Of a stretch of DNA of 25,102 bases, positions 1 through 10,094 are shown piece by piece (the stretch's first letter is position 1; each line of letters opens with the position of its first letter). A model generated the notes under the pieces. That model was not told the origin of the DNA and made no database searches. It saw only the letters and a list, made by a program, of their open reading frames with translations. This DNA comes from a virus (lineage: Duplodnaviria > Caudoviricetes), in IMG/VR virus record IMGVR_UViG_3300009409_000040, positions 1-25,102 of that record; one strand, written 5' to 3'. The position numbers and the translations under genes were made by a program.

Positions 1-1430
1 GCAGTAGGAGCAGTAACGCCGTTGAGGGTAGTGACAGTAGCAGCGGCGGGAGTACCCCCACCTAGTACGCCGTCCAGCGTTCCAGTGAAGCCGGTAGCAA
101 CAGCCTCTTGCCCAACTAGCCCGGCGAGGACATTCGTTGCGTCGGTTACGTCAGCAGATGCCTCGATGCCATCTAGTTTTGTTTCCTCTGCGCTGGTGTA
201 TTGCGCTGTTGGCGAAGTGACGCCGTTGATTGCGTCTGTCCAAGTCCCAGCCCAACGGACGCCGGTCGTTCCGAGGCTATCGGTGCTGTCGGCATCCGAG
301 ACGACGTTGCCGCCATGCGTCGTAACGCCAGCAATCGTGATGTTGGCGGGGAGGCCGACAGTGATTGTCTGTCCGCTTGCTGCGGTCTCGATCTCATTGG
401 CTGTGCCAGCGACGGTAAACGTCTGGCTGTCTAGATCAACTGCGCCAGTGCCAGTACCGCCAGCAAAATCCAGATCAGAAGCCGTGACCTGCGCGTCCAC
501 GTAAGTCTTAATTGATTTGGCCGACGCAATCGTGTCGTCGCTGCCGCTGACCGAAGACAGGTCGGTATCTACTAGGCCGCTGGCAAATTTCGGGTATGTC
601 ACGGAGCCGTCAGCCGGGGTCTCAATGGCCCTCTGGCTCATGTGCATGACTTCCACATTGCCAGTGCCAGCCGGTGGCGCAGCCGAGAACGTCAGCGTTG
701 TCCCTGATAGCGAGTAGGTGTTTTTCTGTTGGTAGACGCCGGAGATGTGGACATCGGTGTTGTTCTCGTCGCCGTTGGCCGGGGCAACCGAGAGCGTGAA
801 GGCAGTCTGGCTTCCCGTGCCATTGAACAGGTCAACAGTCTGAGTCCCTGCATACGCTGCAGCTTCCGCAGCAGACGCAGCAGCAGCATCACGGTCATCT
901 GGCGCGTTAGTCCCTGCAATCCAAGATACTCCCGCAAGATCTGAATCCATATTAAGGTAGTATCCAGCTACAGGTACAGGAGTATCACCATCAAACCCAA
1001 CTGCTGAAACAGATGGTATTAGGATAGCCCTGTCCAGTTGTTCTTGCATCTGTAGAAGTAGAATAGTGCTCTTGTCTAAAGCTGTTTCTAACGTCTCAGG
1101 TAGGTAAGCTCCTTGATTTGTTAAGTCAGTTGTCTGGGTGATAGGTAACACCCGTTTAATAGTGAGAGTCTCAGTAAGAGGCATTGCAGTACCTAAAATT
1201 GAGGCTGGATATGTTATAGAGCCAGTGGCTGGGAAGACAGTGAAGTCTACACTGTAGTTACTTGTGCCAACACCTTCAGTTAATACAGTTGTCACGTCAG
1301 TAGCTGTAACTGTATGTAACACTTCTATATCTGTTGATGCATAGATTACCATTGGACTAAATGAGAAAGTTCTTGAGCTAGAATTCCCCACTAGTGCAGA
1401 AGTAATGCTAGTTGTGTCTGTTACTGTCAT
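1..1430 (-). CDS. tail fibre/tailspike protein, N-terminal part (runs off the left edge; absent from the ORF track)
   Basis: ATG at 1430 overlaps the TGA of the 1974-aa ORF (ATGA). My translation is open to the window edge: MTVTDTTSITSALVGNSSSRTFSFSPM...TLTIKRVLPITQTTDLTNQGAYLPETLETALDKSTILLLQMQEQLDR. This resembles a T7 gp17-type podovirus anchor domain and is followed by Gly/Thr/Ala-rich beta segments (FNGTGSQTAFTL...GVYQQKNTYSLSGTTLTFSAAP). Confidence 0.85.
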   Translation of the reverse strand, partial: MTVTDTTSITSALVGNSSSRTFSFSPMVIYASTDIEVLHTVTATDVTTVLTEGVGTSNYSVDFTVFPATGSITYPASILGTAMPLTETLTIKRVLPITQTTDLTNQGAYLPETLETALDKSTILLLQMQEQLDRAILIPSVSAVGFDGDTPVPVAGYYLNMDSDLAGVSWIAGTNAPDDRDAAAASAAEAAAYAGTQTVDLFNGTGSQTAFTLSVAPANGDENNTDVHISGVYQQKNTYSLSGTTLTFSAAPPAGTGNVEVMHMSQRAIETPADGSVTYPKFASGLVDTDLSSVSGSDDTIASAKSIKTYVDAQVTASDLDFAGGTGTGAVDLDSQTFTVAGTANEIETAASGQTITVGLPANITIAGVTTHGGNVVSDADSTDSLGTTGVRWAGTWTDAINGVTSPTAQYTSAEETKLDGIEASADVTDATNVLAGLVGQEAVATGFTGTLDGVLGGGTPAAATVTTLNGVTAPT

Positions 1431-4400
1431 TCGTCTTCTCCAATCCCTCTTTGTTCTATGATCCAAGGAGAATACCCTAGCAGTAAGGCTAACCCTGTCT
1501 TAGTATCACCTTTAATTAACCTATCAAACCCTTTAACTTCATTCATAAACTGCTCTATAGGCACACCTGATACCATTCCCGCCAACTCCCCGCCATATTC
1601 AAGTGCCTTAACACCATCTATAAAGTCTTCCCATTCGATTGATGACCAATCTTCTTTTGCCATTTCTTTAGCAAATAAAGCTGCTGTTTTCATAAGTTGT
1701 AGAGGGTGTCTACCTTCCAGATCAAATCCTGTTTCCGGGTCATCTCTATAGGCTGTAGATAGTGCAGCGTTAGCTAATACTAAAGCATCTCCTAATAGGA
1801 ATAGACCATTCCAACTACCTAGGATGCTAGCTTGTAACATATCTTCTTTATCATAATCAAAACCATTAGCAATAAAGCTAATCAAATTAGGGATGAAGAA
1901 GTGATATACAAAGAATCTCTTCATAAATTCTTTCTTAGTTATTCTGCCTTTACCCATCTCAGTAATGGCCCTAAGCTCTCCTCTAGCTATAGCATTAGCA
2001 CCACTCATAAACTGAACTAACAATCTACCATAAGAACTACTGCGCTGTAGCTCACTTACTTTATCAGGATCTGTACTCTGTTGTGTATCATTTGATAGTT
2101 GTTCAAACTTCAAGATAGCATCTGGAGTCGACATACCCTGCTTCTCTAATGCTCTGATATGAGCATAACCACCAAAAGCAATAGCTCCAGCATCACCTAG
2201 CGTGATAGCTTTCATTACTACTTTAGTAAATGTAGGGTTCCTCCCCATAAAATTAAATATCTTATGACCTTGTTTGCTCTCAACTAGCTGCTGAAAATCA
2301 TGATCCAGCTTAATACCTCTATTCTTAAAGAAGGTGCTATTCTCGTTTAAAAACTTAATAGCTTTCTTGGGATTTGCCAGAAACTCTGTCAATCCTTTTA
2401 AGAAGTCAGTCATCTTTACATTCTCACTGAAGGCTGAGAAAGATGCTAACTGCTTAAGACCAATCTGTGGCTTAAGCCCCAGCTGTGCAAAGCTGAAGTT
2501 ACGCATCAACCCTACTAGTACATCTTCACCAGTCTGACTAACCATCACTCCTTTGTTAGCGAAGTACTCTATGTCTCTACGAATAGTATCATGCACAGGC
2601 TGGCTAGAAGTCTCCAAGATTCTTCTCATCACCTCGCTATTATTACCTGAGAACACTTTATTAATAAACTTGACCTTCTCAGCATACGCTATGAAATACT
2701 CCATCTCCATAAGATGTGTTTGCATCACTTCGAAGTCAGCTCTAACCTTAAGTCTTGAGTTGTTTTTAGTTCGTTGTTTCAAAGCTGATGGATTTATTAA
2801 GCCACGATAGAGAGCCCCCTTAAGGAACTCATCTTGACTGCCATCTTCACTAAGCCTACTGATAGGCACATACTGATCAACTTTAGGAAGGGTGACACCA
2901 TACATACGTTGGTACACTTTGTTGATACGTTCATAGAACTCATTGTAAAATTCTTGTTGTGCTCTGATCATCTGCCAGTCCAGCTTATCCATTTGTGCCT
3001 TCATAGCATCATGGATTTGGGTAGTATATCCTTCATTCTGTGAGTCCATCGCCATAGCTCTGATGTCATCATTCTCCAACTCCATCACACGCTGTCGTAG
3101 TTGTGACTTAGTGAAGGGTTTACCATTAGCTCCTAGTACTTCTTTAATTTGACCATTGCTTATGATATTGCCATCCGCATCTACCGTATCAGCAAACGTG
3201 AATGACTGACCTAATGGCACAGATTCAGTAAAATCTTTTTGCTGTTGTTTTAGTATCTGCTGTTCACTAAGTCCAGTGTTCTTCATAAGTATTTCAGTGA
3301 TACGTTGTACACTCCTACGTCTATTCTCTTCTGCTACTCTTGCTTCTCTGGTTAGAGATAGGACTGATTGTATCTCTTCAGCTAAGTTAGCATCACTTGT
3401 CGACATGATATCACCTAGCTTGTTCTTCCATACTCCACTAGGTCCTAACCACCATTTACCTTTCTTTTCTGACCAAGAAACTGCTAGTGTAGATCTAGCT
3501 TTAGTAGGCTCTTCCCCTATAGCCTTAATGAGATTAACTCGTGTACTCTCTTGCTGTATCTCTTCCTTGAATAGAACAGACTTACTCCTCTCTACACCTT
3601 GGTCAACAATATCACTAAGCCCTAACAATACACCTTCAACAAAGTCAGCGTTAGCTGTTGTAGGATTAGCTTTTAGAGTGAGAAGTGCATTGATGAGCCG
3701 TGCTTCTTCATCAAGCATGTCTGCGCTATCTAATGATTTAGCATCTGTATTAAGAACTAAAGAGAGACCGTCCCCATCCTTACCGCTTAACCTCTGTTCA
3801 AGGAGTAGGGAGGCATCGGCCTTCTTCATATTGAAGTGTTTGCTTAAGACAGTTATCAAATCAGTTGTCTTAGTATCTCTGAAGCCTGCCTTACCACGTA
3901 GAGCGTTAGTCGTACTATCAACTTTAGCTTTGTAACGTCCCAGTGTCTGCTTGATAGAAGAGATTATGTCAGCCTTACGCTGTCTATCCAACGCTTCCAT
4001 AACTTTAACTTGAATGTCTGGTAGTTTCTTAGCTAGTACAGCACTGTCTGTAATCGTATCAATCTGCTTTAAGAACCTAGCTTGGTTCGGAGCATTCAGG
4101 CCACTCTTTGTAATGAGATTGCGTAGTGTCTTCTGAGACAGCTGTATATCTTTCTTAACTAAACTCTTAGCTTCAGTGAAAGCCTTGCGTGTTTCTCTCA
4201 TACGAGTACGTTCAATAGCTACGCCTAGATCCAAGAGTCTACCAGCTTTCATCTTGATAGAGTCGCTACGCTGCGCCTTAAGTTTAGGTACTTTAGGTAA
4301 GGCCACTCTCTTCCCACCCTGACTAAGTAACCCTTCACCTTTCAACAAGGCATCTGGATCTGTGATACGGTTTCCGTTACCATTCCTAAGGAAAATCTGT

Positions 4401-7351
4401 ACAGGTAAAGACTTAAGCCCTGCCTTCTTAGCAGCCATAGCCCTGTGTCTACCTTCATGCCCTACTACTTTCCATTGATTCTTGGTGATATTCCACTGTA
4501 GTGTGAGGAACGGTGGAGCAATAGGTTTGCCGTCTCTGATAGCCTCCTCTAAGAACTCTACTGACTCTCCCTTAACCTGCTCAGGTGCTATAGCTTCCGC
4601 CAGTTCTAGAAACTCATCAGGAGATAGGTCCCTAGTAGGTGTCTCTTCTCTGTTAGCCCCTTCAATCTGATTAGGAGTTATGCCTATAGCACCTTTCACT
4701 ATCTTGAAGACAGACCTAGACTTCGTCACTTCATCAGGCTGGATAGCTTCATCGTTCTCAGGGCGTAGACCTGCCCTTCTATCAGGCAGCTGAGCTGCAG
4801 ATATCTGTGCCTCAATATCACCTTGCTGCTCTATAGCCTTAGCTAGTTTATTCTCTATTGCTTTGGTAGGTTTACCTGCTTCCGTAGCTTCATCAATCTT
4901 TTCATGTAGTCTAGCTATCTCTTTATCTTTGAGAACCAAATCTTCATCAAGGACAACAGCCCTAGCTTCTTCTAGCAGTATGGATACACCGAGGTCATCT
5001 TGCTGAATCTTATCAAGCATTACATCCAGTTCAGCCATGATACCACTACGGCTAGCTCCTAACAGAATCTCTTCTAAATCAACAGACTCTCCCTTCTTGA
5101 AAGCAGCAAGCCACTTACTAACTCTAGCAGCCAGCACAGGCTCAATAGTCTTAGCCTTAATCCTAGCTTCAAGCATCTCCTCAAGCTTCTTCTTGTTCTC
5201 TAGTATCTCATCTTCAACCCTCTGAGAAGAAGGGAACCCTGCTTCAAACTCAATGTGTGTAGCAATAGACGAGTAGTTCTTATGCCCCATGAGGATGTTG
5301 GCTAAGTCATGCCCACTGATCCTAGCATTAGCCCCTTGCATAATGCCAGCCATCTGCTCAGTTAGTTTAAGCTCATGCACCATGGCTGCAAAGCCCTCTT
5401 CAGTCTGCCCCATCCATTCGAGCAGCTTCTGACTAGGCACCTCCACCCACTCATAACCTTTCTTCTTAACAATCTCTACTCTGAGTTCAGCTGCTAAGTC
5501 TGGGTCTTCCTGAACTATCCCACTCTCTTCCATAGCAGTTACGACAGCATCCATAGCCCTCTTGTGTTTGACAGGCCTACCTCTTCCAGGTAGCAAGGCA
5601 CCAATGGTACCACCTATAACTGCCCCTATAAACCCTGCCTCTCCTATCTCACCTATGTCTATCTTATGGTCAGGGCTAATCAACCCCATACCTATTAGGT
5701 CATGCCCTATGTTCTCTACAATCTCCTGTGCCCCTTCGACACCAGCACTTGACAACATACGAAGGAATCTATTACGTACATTAGCAGGTATGAACTTGAA
5801 TATCTTATCAAGACCATACCGCTCTGTGGCTGCTGTCAACACTCCACCCATAACACCAGCAAACTGGAAGTCATCAGGGTCGAGACCATGCTCCTTAGCT
5901 ATGTCATCAACAGAGTCTTTACCCTGCTGGAACATAGTTGTATACGAGAGAGCTGGGTTAGCTAACCATAAGGCGACTTGGGCTCCCACTTGACCAAACT
6001 GACCTATAGTCTTCTGGAATAGATCAAGGTCATTGGTAGGGAAGAGATCATCAGCTGCCTCATCTAGTATGTCACCGGGTCTGCCCAGCACCTCAGTGGG
6101 TTTAAGCCACCACGGTACGTACCCACGGTAGTCGTCCTGCATCTCCTTAGCTACTTCAACAAAGTCTCCAAACCCTAGCTGGGTTAAGACTAGGTTCATA
6201 GGTGCACGGATACCTTTGTCTATAATATTGAATAAGGTCTTACCACTACGAAGTCCTGCTCCAGCTGTCTTTACTACATGACCTTGCAGCAGTCTACCGA
6301 TATCAAGGAAGTACTCATCATTATCATTCAAGGTGGCTGCTGTCTCAGCTGCTATAACCTGAGGTGCAGCCTTCGCCACCTTCTTCATCTTCTCAGGGTC
6401 TGTACCAATTGTGTTCAAGGTCTCAGGAGACAGTGACTCTGCCTGTCTCCTTCTCCAATCCCTAGCCCACTCATCAGGATCTAGTGTTTTCATTTGAGCC
6501 ATCTGGAACTCATCAGGCTGCTTCTGCATACTCTCTGCAATAGCAGTCCCATCAGTCAGACTAGTAGCGTACGGGGTGTTGTCAGCCAGCTGTCTCAACA
6601 CTCCAGCATGGTCAGGTAGAGTAGCTAGTGCTTCATCCTCATTGAGAAGTATGTCTACTTCACCAATACGTCTACCAGAAAATGCCAGCTGTGGCTCTAT
6701 CTCTGTACCATCCTCAGGTGCAACAAGAAGATTGTCTAGGAGTTTGCCATTCTTATCTTTCCTACCATTAGGATCTTTGATGTAGGAATAGTCAAGAAGC
6801 TCGTTCTGGATAGCTGCCCTATCTCTGTTCTTATAAGCCTCCACCATCTTAGGACCAAGCTTACCAAAGTGATTGGTAATAGAGGCAGCTACTGTTTGCT
6901 CACCAGCAGAGTATGACTCAAAGTCTTGCCCCACTTCCTCCCTAAACTGCTTCTGCAATCTACCATAGGTGAAGGACTGAGTAACCTTATTGATGTTCGC
7001 ATTCTCTTCATTTGTCAGGAAGATGCCATTAGCTGCCTTCTGCGCTGCATCCCCTTTTAAACCGTAGGCACCAGCAAAGGTGAGTTTGTCAAGGATGCTG
7101 TCTTGCACACCCATCTTCTTCATACTAGCCCTAGTCTCTTTACCTGCATCTAGCCCATGGTCACCTAAGGTAACACCAGAACTAGGGAAGTCTTTACCAG
7201 GGTGGTACGCTCTGATATACTCAGTGTTGTCTTCTTCAAGCGTGACCCTAGGAGCAGTGCCCTCAAACTCACTGATCTTAAAGAAGTCTATCTGGTGATC
7301 TTTCTTCTTCCTCTTCTTATCAGTAGAGGTAGGGACAGAAAGTAAAGACAT
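1427..7351 (-). CDS. large internal virion/DNA ejection protein (gp16-like position) with N-terminal pesticin-type muramidase domain and internal ParB/Srx-like domain
   Basis: 1974-aa ORF, last of three ejection genes before the fibre. N-terminal IDFFKISEFEG...AYHP...SGVTLGDHGLDAG...GLKGDAA...QTVAASI...RRIGEVDIL matches the pesticin C-terminal muramidase pattern. Internal VVGHEGRHRAMAAKKAGLKSLPV is a ParB-type motif. Confidence 0.8.
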   Translation of the reverse strand: MSLLSVPTSTDKKRKKKDHQIDFFKISEFEGTAPRVTLEEDNTEYIRAYHPGKDFPSSGVTLGDHGLDAGKETRASMKKMGVQDSILDKLTFAGAYGLKGDAAQKAANGIFLTNEENANINKVTQSFTYGRLQKQFREEVGQDFESYSAGEQTVAASITNHFGKLGPKMVEAYKNRDRAAIQNELLDYSYIKDPNGRKDKNGKLLDNLLVAPEDGTEIEPQLAFSGRRIGEVDILLNEDEALATLPDHAGVLRQLADNTPYATSLTDGTAIAESMQKQPDEFQMAQMKTLDPDEWARDWRRRQAESLSPETLNTIGTDPEKMKKVAKAAPQVIAAETAATLNDNDEYFLDIGRLLQGHVVKTAGAGLRSGKTLFNIIDKGIRAPMNLVLTQLGFGDFVEVAKEMQDDYRGYVPWWLKPTEVLGRPGDILDEAADDLFPTNDLDLFQKTIGQFGQVGAQVALWLANPALSYTTMFQQGKDSVDDIAKEHGLDPDDFQFAGVMGGVLTAATERYGLDKIFKFIPANVRNRFLRMLSSAGVEGAQEIVENIGHDLIGMGLISPDHKIDIGEIGEAGFIGAVIGGTIGALLPGRGRPVKHKRAMDAVVTAMEESGIVQEDPDLAAELRVEIVKKKGYEWVEVPSQKLLEWMGQTEEGFAAMVHELKLTEQMAGIMQGANARISGHDLANILMGHKNYSSIATHIEFEAGFPSSQRVEDEILENKKKLEEMLEARIKAKTIEPVLAARVSKWLAAFKKGESVDLEEILLGASRSGIMAELDVMLDKIQQDDLGVSILLEEARAVVLDEDLVLKDKEIARLHEKIDEATEAGKPTKAIENKLAKAIEQQGDIEAQISAAQLPDRRAGLRPENDEAIQPDEVTKSRSVFKIVKGAIGITPNQIEGANREETPTRDLSPDEFLELAEAIAPEQVKGESVEFLEEAIRDGKPIAPPFLTLQWNITKNQWKVVGHEGRHRAMAAKKAGLKSLPVQIFLRNGNGNRITDPDALLKGEGLLSQGGKRVALPKVPKLKAQRSDSIKMKAGRLLDLGVAIERTRMRETRKAFTEAKSLVKKDIQLSQKTLRNLITKSGLNAPNQARFLKQIDTITDSAVLAKKLPDIQVKVMEALDRQRKADIISSIKQTLGRYKAKVDSTTNALRGKAGFRDTKTTDLITVLSKHFNMKKADASLLLEQRLSGKDGDGLSLVLNTDAKSLDSADMLDEEARLINALLTLKANPTTANADFVEGVLLGLSDIVDQGVERSKSVLFKEEIQQESTRVNLIKAIGEEPTKARSTLAVSWSEKKGKWWLGPSGVWKNKLGDIMSTSDANLAEEIQSVLSLTREARVAEENRRRSVQRITEILMKNTGLSEQQILKQQQKDFTESVPLGQSFTFADTVDADGNIISNGQIKEVLGANGKPFTKSQLRQRVMELENDDIRAMAMDSQNEGYTTQIHDAMKAQMDKLDWQMIRAQQEFYNEFYERINKVYQRMYGVTLPKVDQYVPISRLSEDGSQDEFLKGALYRGLINPSALKQRTKNNSRLKVRADFEVMQTHLMEMEYFIAYAEKVKFINKVFSGNNSEVMRRILETSSQPVHDTIRRDIEYFANKGVMVSQTGEDVLVGLMRNFSFAQLGLKPQIGLKQLASFSAFSENVKMTDFLKGLTEFLANPKKAIKFLNENSTFFKNRGIKLDHDFQQLVESKQGHKIFNFMGRNPTFTKVVMKAITLGDAGAIAFGGYAHIRALEKQGMSTPDAILKFEQLSNDTQQSTDPDKVSELQRSSSYGRLLVQFMSGANAIARGELRAITEMGKGRITKKEFMKRFFVYHFFIPNLISFIANGFDYDKEDMLQASILGSWNGLFLLGDALVLANAALSTAYRDDPETGFDLEGRHPLQLMKTAALFAKEMAKEDWSSIEWEDFIDGVKALEYGGELAGMVSGVPIEQFMNEVKGFDRLIKGDTKTGLALLLGYSPWIIEQRGIGEDE

Positions 7352-9486
7352 TATGGGTCGATCTCCTCCATAGGCTTACCAGCTCTAGGTAACCGTCCTC
7401 TACGGACTTCAGTGCGTGGATCTGTAGCTTGGGGTACTTCCTTCTGAGCATCTTTAAGAGTCTTAGCTAAGTTGTTGAGAGCAGCTGCTTGGTTCTTAGC
7501 ATAGAAGATATTAGCTAGCTCAGCATCTCTAGGCGGTCTGCTGCCTTTACCATTCACAGCATAGTAGGTAGCTGTTGCATCAGCTATCTGCTCTTCTGTC
7601 ATACTTTGATGGATGCCTACAAGATCTGTGGTAGTACTGCCAACGATATCCTTCATCACAACAGGTGTGAAGTAACGCTGTATCAGATCCCCTGCTTCCT
7701 CAGTAGATAGAGGCCCTTGTAGTTTACGATTAGGATCAGCTATAAGAGCGTTCATACCTTGTATGAGCATACGCCTAGCATTGTTATACTTAGCATTGTG
7801 TTTCTTCTTAGTCCTTGCACTACCTACTGCCTTCGTACCCATGTGATCCTTTAGGGCACGTAAGACTATAGCGTGATTAGTTCTTTGTAGCTGCGCCCCA
7901 CCCTTCCTAGCAGACATCCACATCTGCTTACCGAAGTCATCATAGTCATCACCAGACATCCTCCCTCTCAACTCAGCAAAGTCAATTGCTTGTATCTCTG
8001 CAGGAGTGCCGTCCATAAGTGTGTTCATAATGTCAGGATCAGTTACAGTCGGCACTCCATGGGCAGCATCAGAGTACATCCTCTTAAGATGCTTCATCCC
8101 AGTAGGACCTATCAGCTGTTGGTCTTCAGCTGGGAGATCAGCTGGATCAAAGCTGGCTTCAAGGGCAGCACTCGAAGCCCTATCCATAGCGTCTATTGAA
8201 GCATCTTTACGTGCTCTCACCTTCTTAGCGTGTTCAGTAGTTAACTTACGATTTGCCCTATCTTCTACATCGTCATCCATAGCCTTGAGTATGCCTTGTG
8301 TACTTATAGCATCCTTAACAAGTGCTCTCAATCTTATACGCTGTTTACTATTTAAGAGTTTACCATCTTTTGTTCTGACCTTGTTAATAGAGGCATACAC
8401 TCTCCTTGAGTTAAACGTACCAGTCTTATAATCAGTTTCTGCATCTATAAGGCTGGATGCTATAGGCTCTACTACTGAGTCTAGTTCTCTATCAGCTGCT
8501 AGTCTACCTCTCTCTTTCCTCTGTAGTATATCGTTTAGATTACGCCTAATCTTAGCTATAGTTTGGTTGCGAACAGCCCCTCCAACACCCTCCATAGCTC
8601 TCAACTCTTTCTTCATCTGGGCTAGCGTCTTACTAGGATCATAGATTGCATCAAAAGTAGCAGCTGCTAAATCAGCTACATTCCTAGCGTAGAACTTATC
8701 CCTCATAGCATCGAGGATAGGGCTTGCTACTCCAGAGCTAGGGTTCTCAGCTTCAAACAGCATATTTTTAGCAGCGTCATAGTTCTTCTGAGACATTAAG
8801 CTGTTGAAGGCTCCTTGATATAGTGCTGTCTTAGCTTGCCTACGCAGCTTATCAGCCGCCATCCCAGACAACCCTTGCCTCTTAATTTGATCCTCAACAA
8901 CACCATTGACTGTATTGAAAGACTCTTTACGTACATCAGGATCTTGAGAGTTCTTAGAGAAGTTATCAGTAGCTACAGCCAGTCTCCCTACATCAGCTGA
9001 TACTTGAGCTTCTTCACGCTTAGCTACATCGTTACGACCTAAACCAGTCTGAGTAGTTTGCTCTCGGCTATCAAACATACCTTTTAAAGCTTTGCCTACA
9101 GCATCCTTAGCACCTTCAGTAGCTCTCTGTCTAGCGTCTTTCAATGCTCTTTCTAATGCTGGTCGTGCTTCTAAAGCAGCCTTCCCTTTTAAACCGTAGT
9201 AGCCGGTGGTTGATCCATCAGCTGAGCCATACAGTAGGCTATTAACTTCCGTAGCATACTTATTATCACGATCTTTAGCATCTATTTCATTAAGGTCCAT
9301 CTGCCGTTTATTGGCAAACTCCATCAAATCAAGACCAGCTTGCTGGGTGCCTCTAGCTGCTGCTATAGCACCACTCTGGTCAGCACCGAAGGTTGCAGCT
9401 GTCGCCTTAGACGCATCTTGTAAAGTGGCAGCAATAGCTTGCGGCTGCACTGTAGGTGTTTGAGAACTTAATGGTATTTTCGGCAT
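7351..9486 (-). CDS. internal virion/ejection protein (gp15-like position)
   Basis: 711-aa helical Ala/Lys/Asp-rich ORF starting MPKIP and containing GYYGLKGKAA, located between the gp14-like and gp16-like genes. Confidence 0.65.
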   Translation of the reverse strand: MPKIPLSSQTPTVQPQAIAATLQDASKATAATFGADQSGAIAAARGTQQAGLDLMEFANKRQMDLNEIDAKDRDNKYATEVNSLLYGSADGSTTGYYGLKGKAALEARPALERALKDARQRATEGAKDAVGKALKGMFDSREQTTQTGLGRNDVAKREEAQVSADVGRLAVATDNFSKNSQDPDVRKESFNTVNGVVEDQIKRQGLSGMAADKLRRQAKTALYQGAFNSLMSQKNYDAAKNMLFEAENPSSGVASPILDAMRDKFYARNVADLAAATFDAIYDPSKTLAQMKKELRAMEGVGGAVRNQTIAKIRRNLNDILQRKERGRLAADRELDSVVEPIASSLIDAETDYKTGTFNSRRVYASINKVRTKDGKLLNSKQRIRLRALVKDAISTQGILKAMDDDVEDRANRKLTTEHAKKVRARKDASIDAMDRASSAALEASFDPADLPAEDQQLIGPTGMKHLKRMYSDAAHGVPTVTDPDIMNTLMDGTPAEIQAIDFAELRGRMSGDDYDDFGKQMWMSARKGGAQLQRTNHAIVLRALKDHMGTKAVGSARTKKKHNAKYNNARRMLIQGMNALIADPNRKLQGPLSTEEAGDLIQRYFTPVVMKDIVGSTTTDLVGIHQSMTEEQIADATATYYAVNGKGSRPPRDAELANIFYAKNQAAALNNLAKTLKDAQKEVPQATDPRTEVRRGRLPRAGKPMEEIDP

Positions 9487-9529
9487 AGTTGTTCCTTAGT
9501 TAAAGATCTAGTACGCCATAACTCGTACC

Positions 9530-10093
9530 TTAATCCCCTGCAGTTCCTTGCGCCGGAGTATTAGCAAAATTACCCCACTTACTAGCAACACTACTAGTTG
9601 TTTTACCAAGCCCACTAATCAAAGTACCTCTAGCTTTATTGCTAGCATTGATCAAAGCGTTCTGTCCACTTACGCGATCTAAAGCAGCCCCTGCTGCTAA
9701 GTTAGAAGCTTGCTGATTAAAGTTAGCTGCCTCTCTAATACCTTGGTGTGTTAGAGTTAGCTGGTCTAGTGCACCAATACCTGTGATGTCTCCAACTACG
9801 TCATCAATTGATTCACTACCTACCTCAACCCCTTGACCTGCGCTAGATGCTATAAACCTAGCCTTACTAGCTGCAGCTTCCACACCCTTGTTAGAAGCTT
9901 TCTGCCTACCAGCTAAGAAAGCTCTATCAGCATTGCCCCTAGCAATGGCAGCATTTTGCTCACCTACTTTGGCTCTGTATTGAGCAGCACTATTGGCAGC
10001 TTCACCAGCAGTTTTCTGTGCGCTAGCTTGTTGAACAGTCCCTATAGCACTTATTGCCATACCAACGCCCATCACAATTGCCGGATGACACAT
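9530..10093 (-). CDS. internal virion/ejection protein (gp14-like)
   Basis: Probable start is ATG 10093 (MCHPAIVMGVGMAISAIG), preceded by GGAGG. It has a Met-Cys start, a hydrophobic N-terminus and an Ala/Gln/Gly-rich body with ASSAGQGVEVGSES, and follows the GNAT-like gene. Confidence 0.7.
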   Translation of the reverse strand: MCHPAIVMGVGMAISAIGTVQQASAQKTAGEAANSAAQYRAKVGEQNAAIARGNADRAFLAGRQKASNKGVEAAASKARFIASSAGQGVEVGSESIDDVVGDITGIGALDQLTLTHQGIREAANFNQQASNLAAGAALDRVSGQNALINASNKARGTLISGLGKTTSSVASKWGNFANTPAQGTAGD

Positions 10094-10094
10094 C

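Noticed and set aside
22-944. Plus-strand and alternative-frame ORFs in the track (22..504, 173..397, 201..434, 517..717, 692..937, 729..944)
   Set aside because: These are shadows of the GC-rich minus-strand tail fibre frame starting at 1430.
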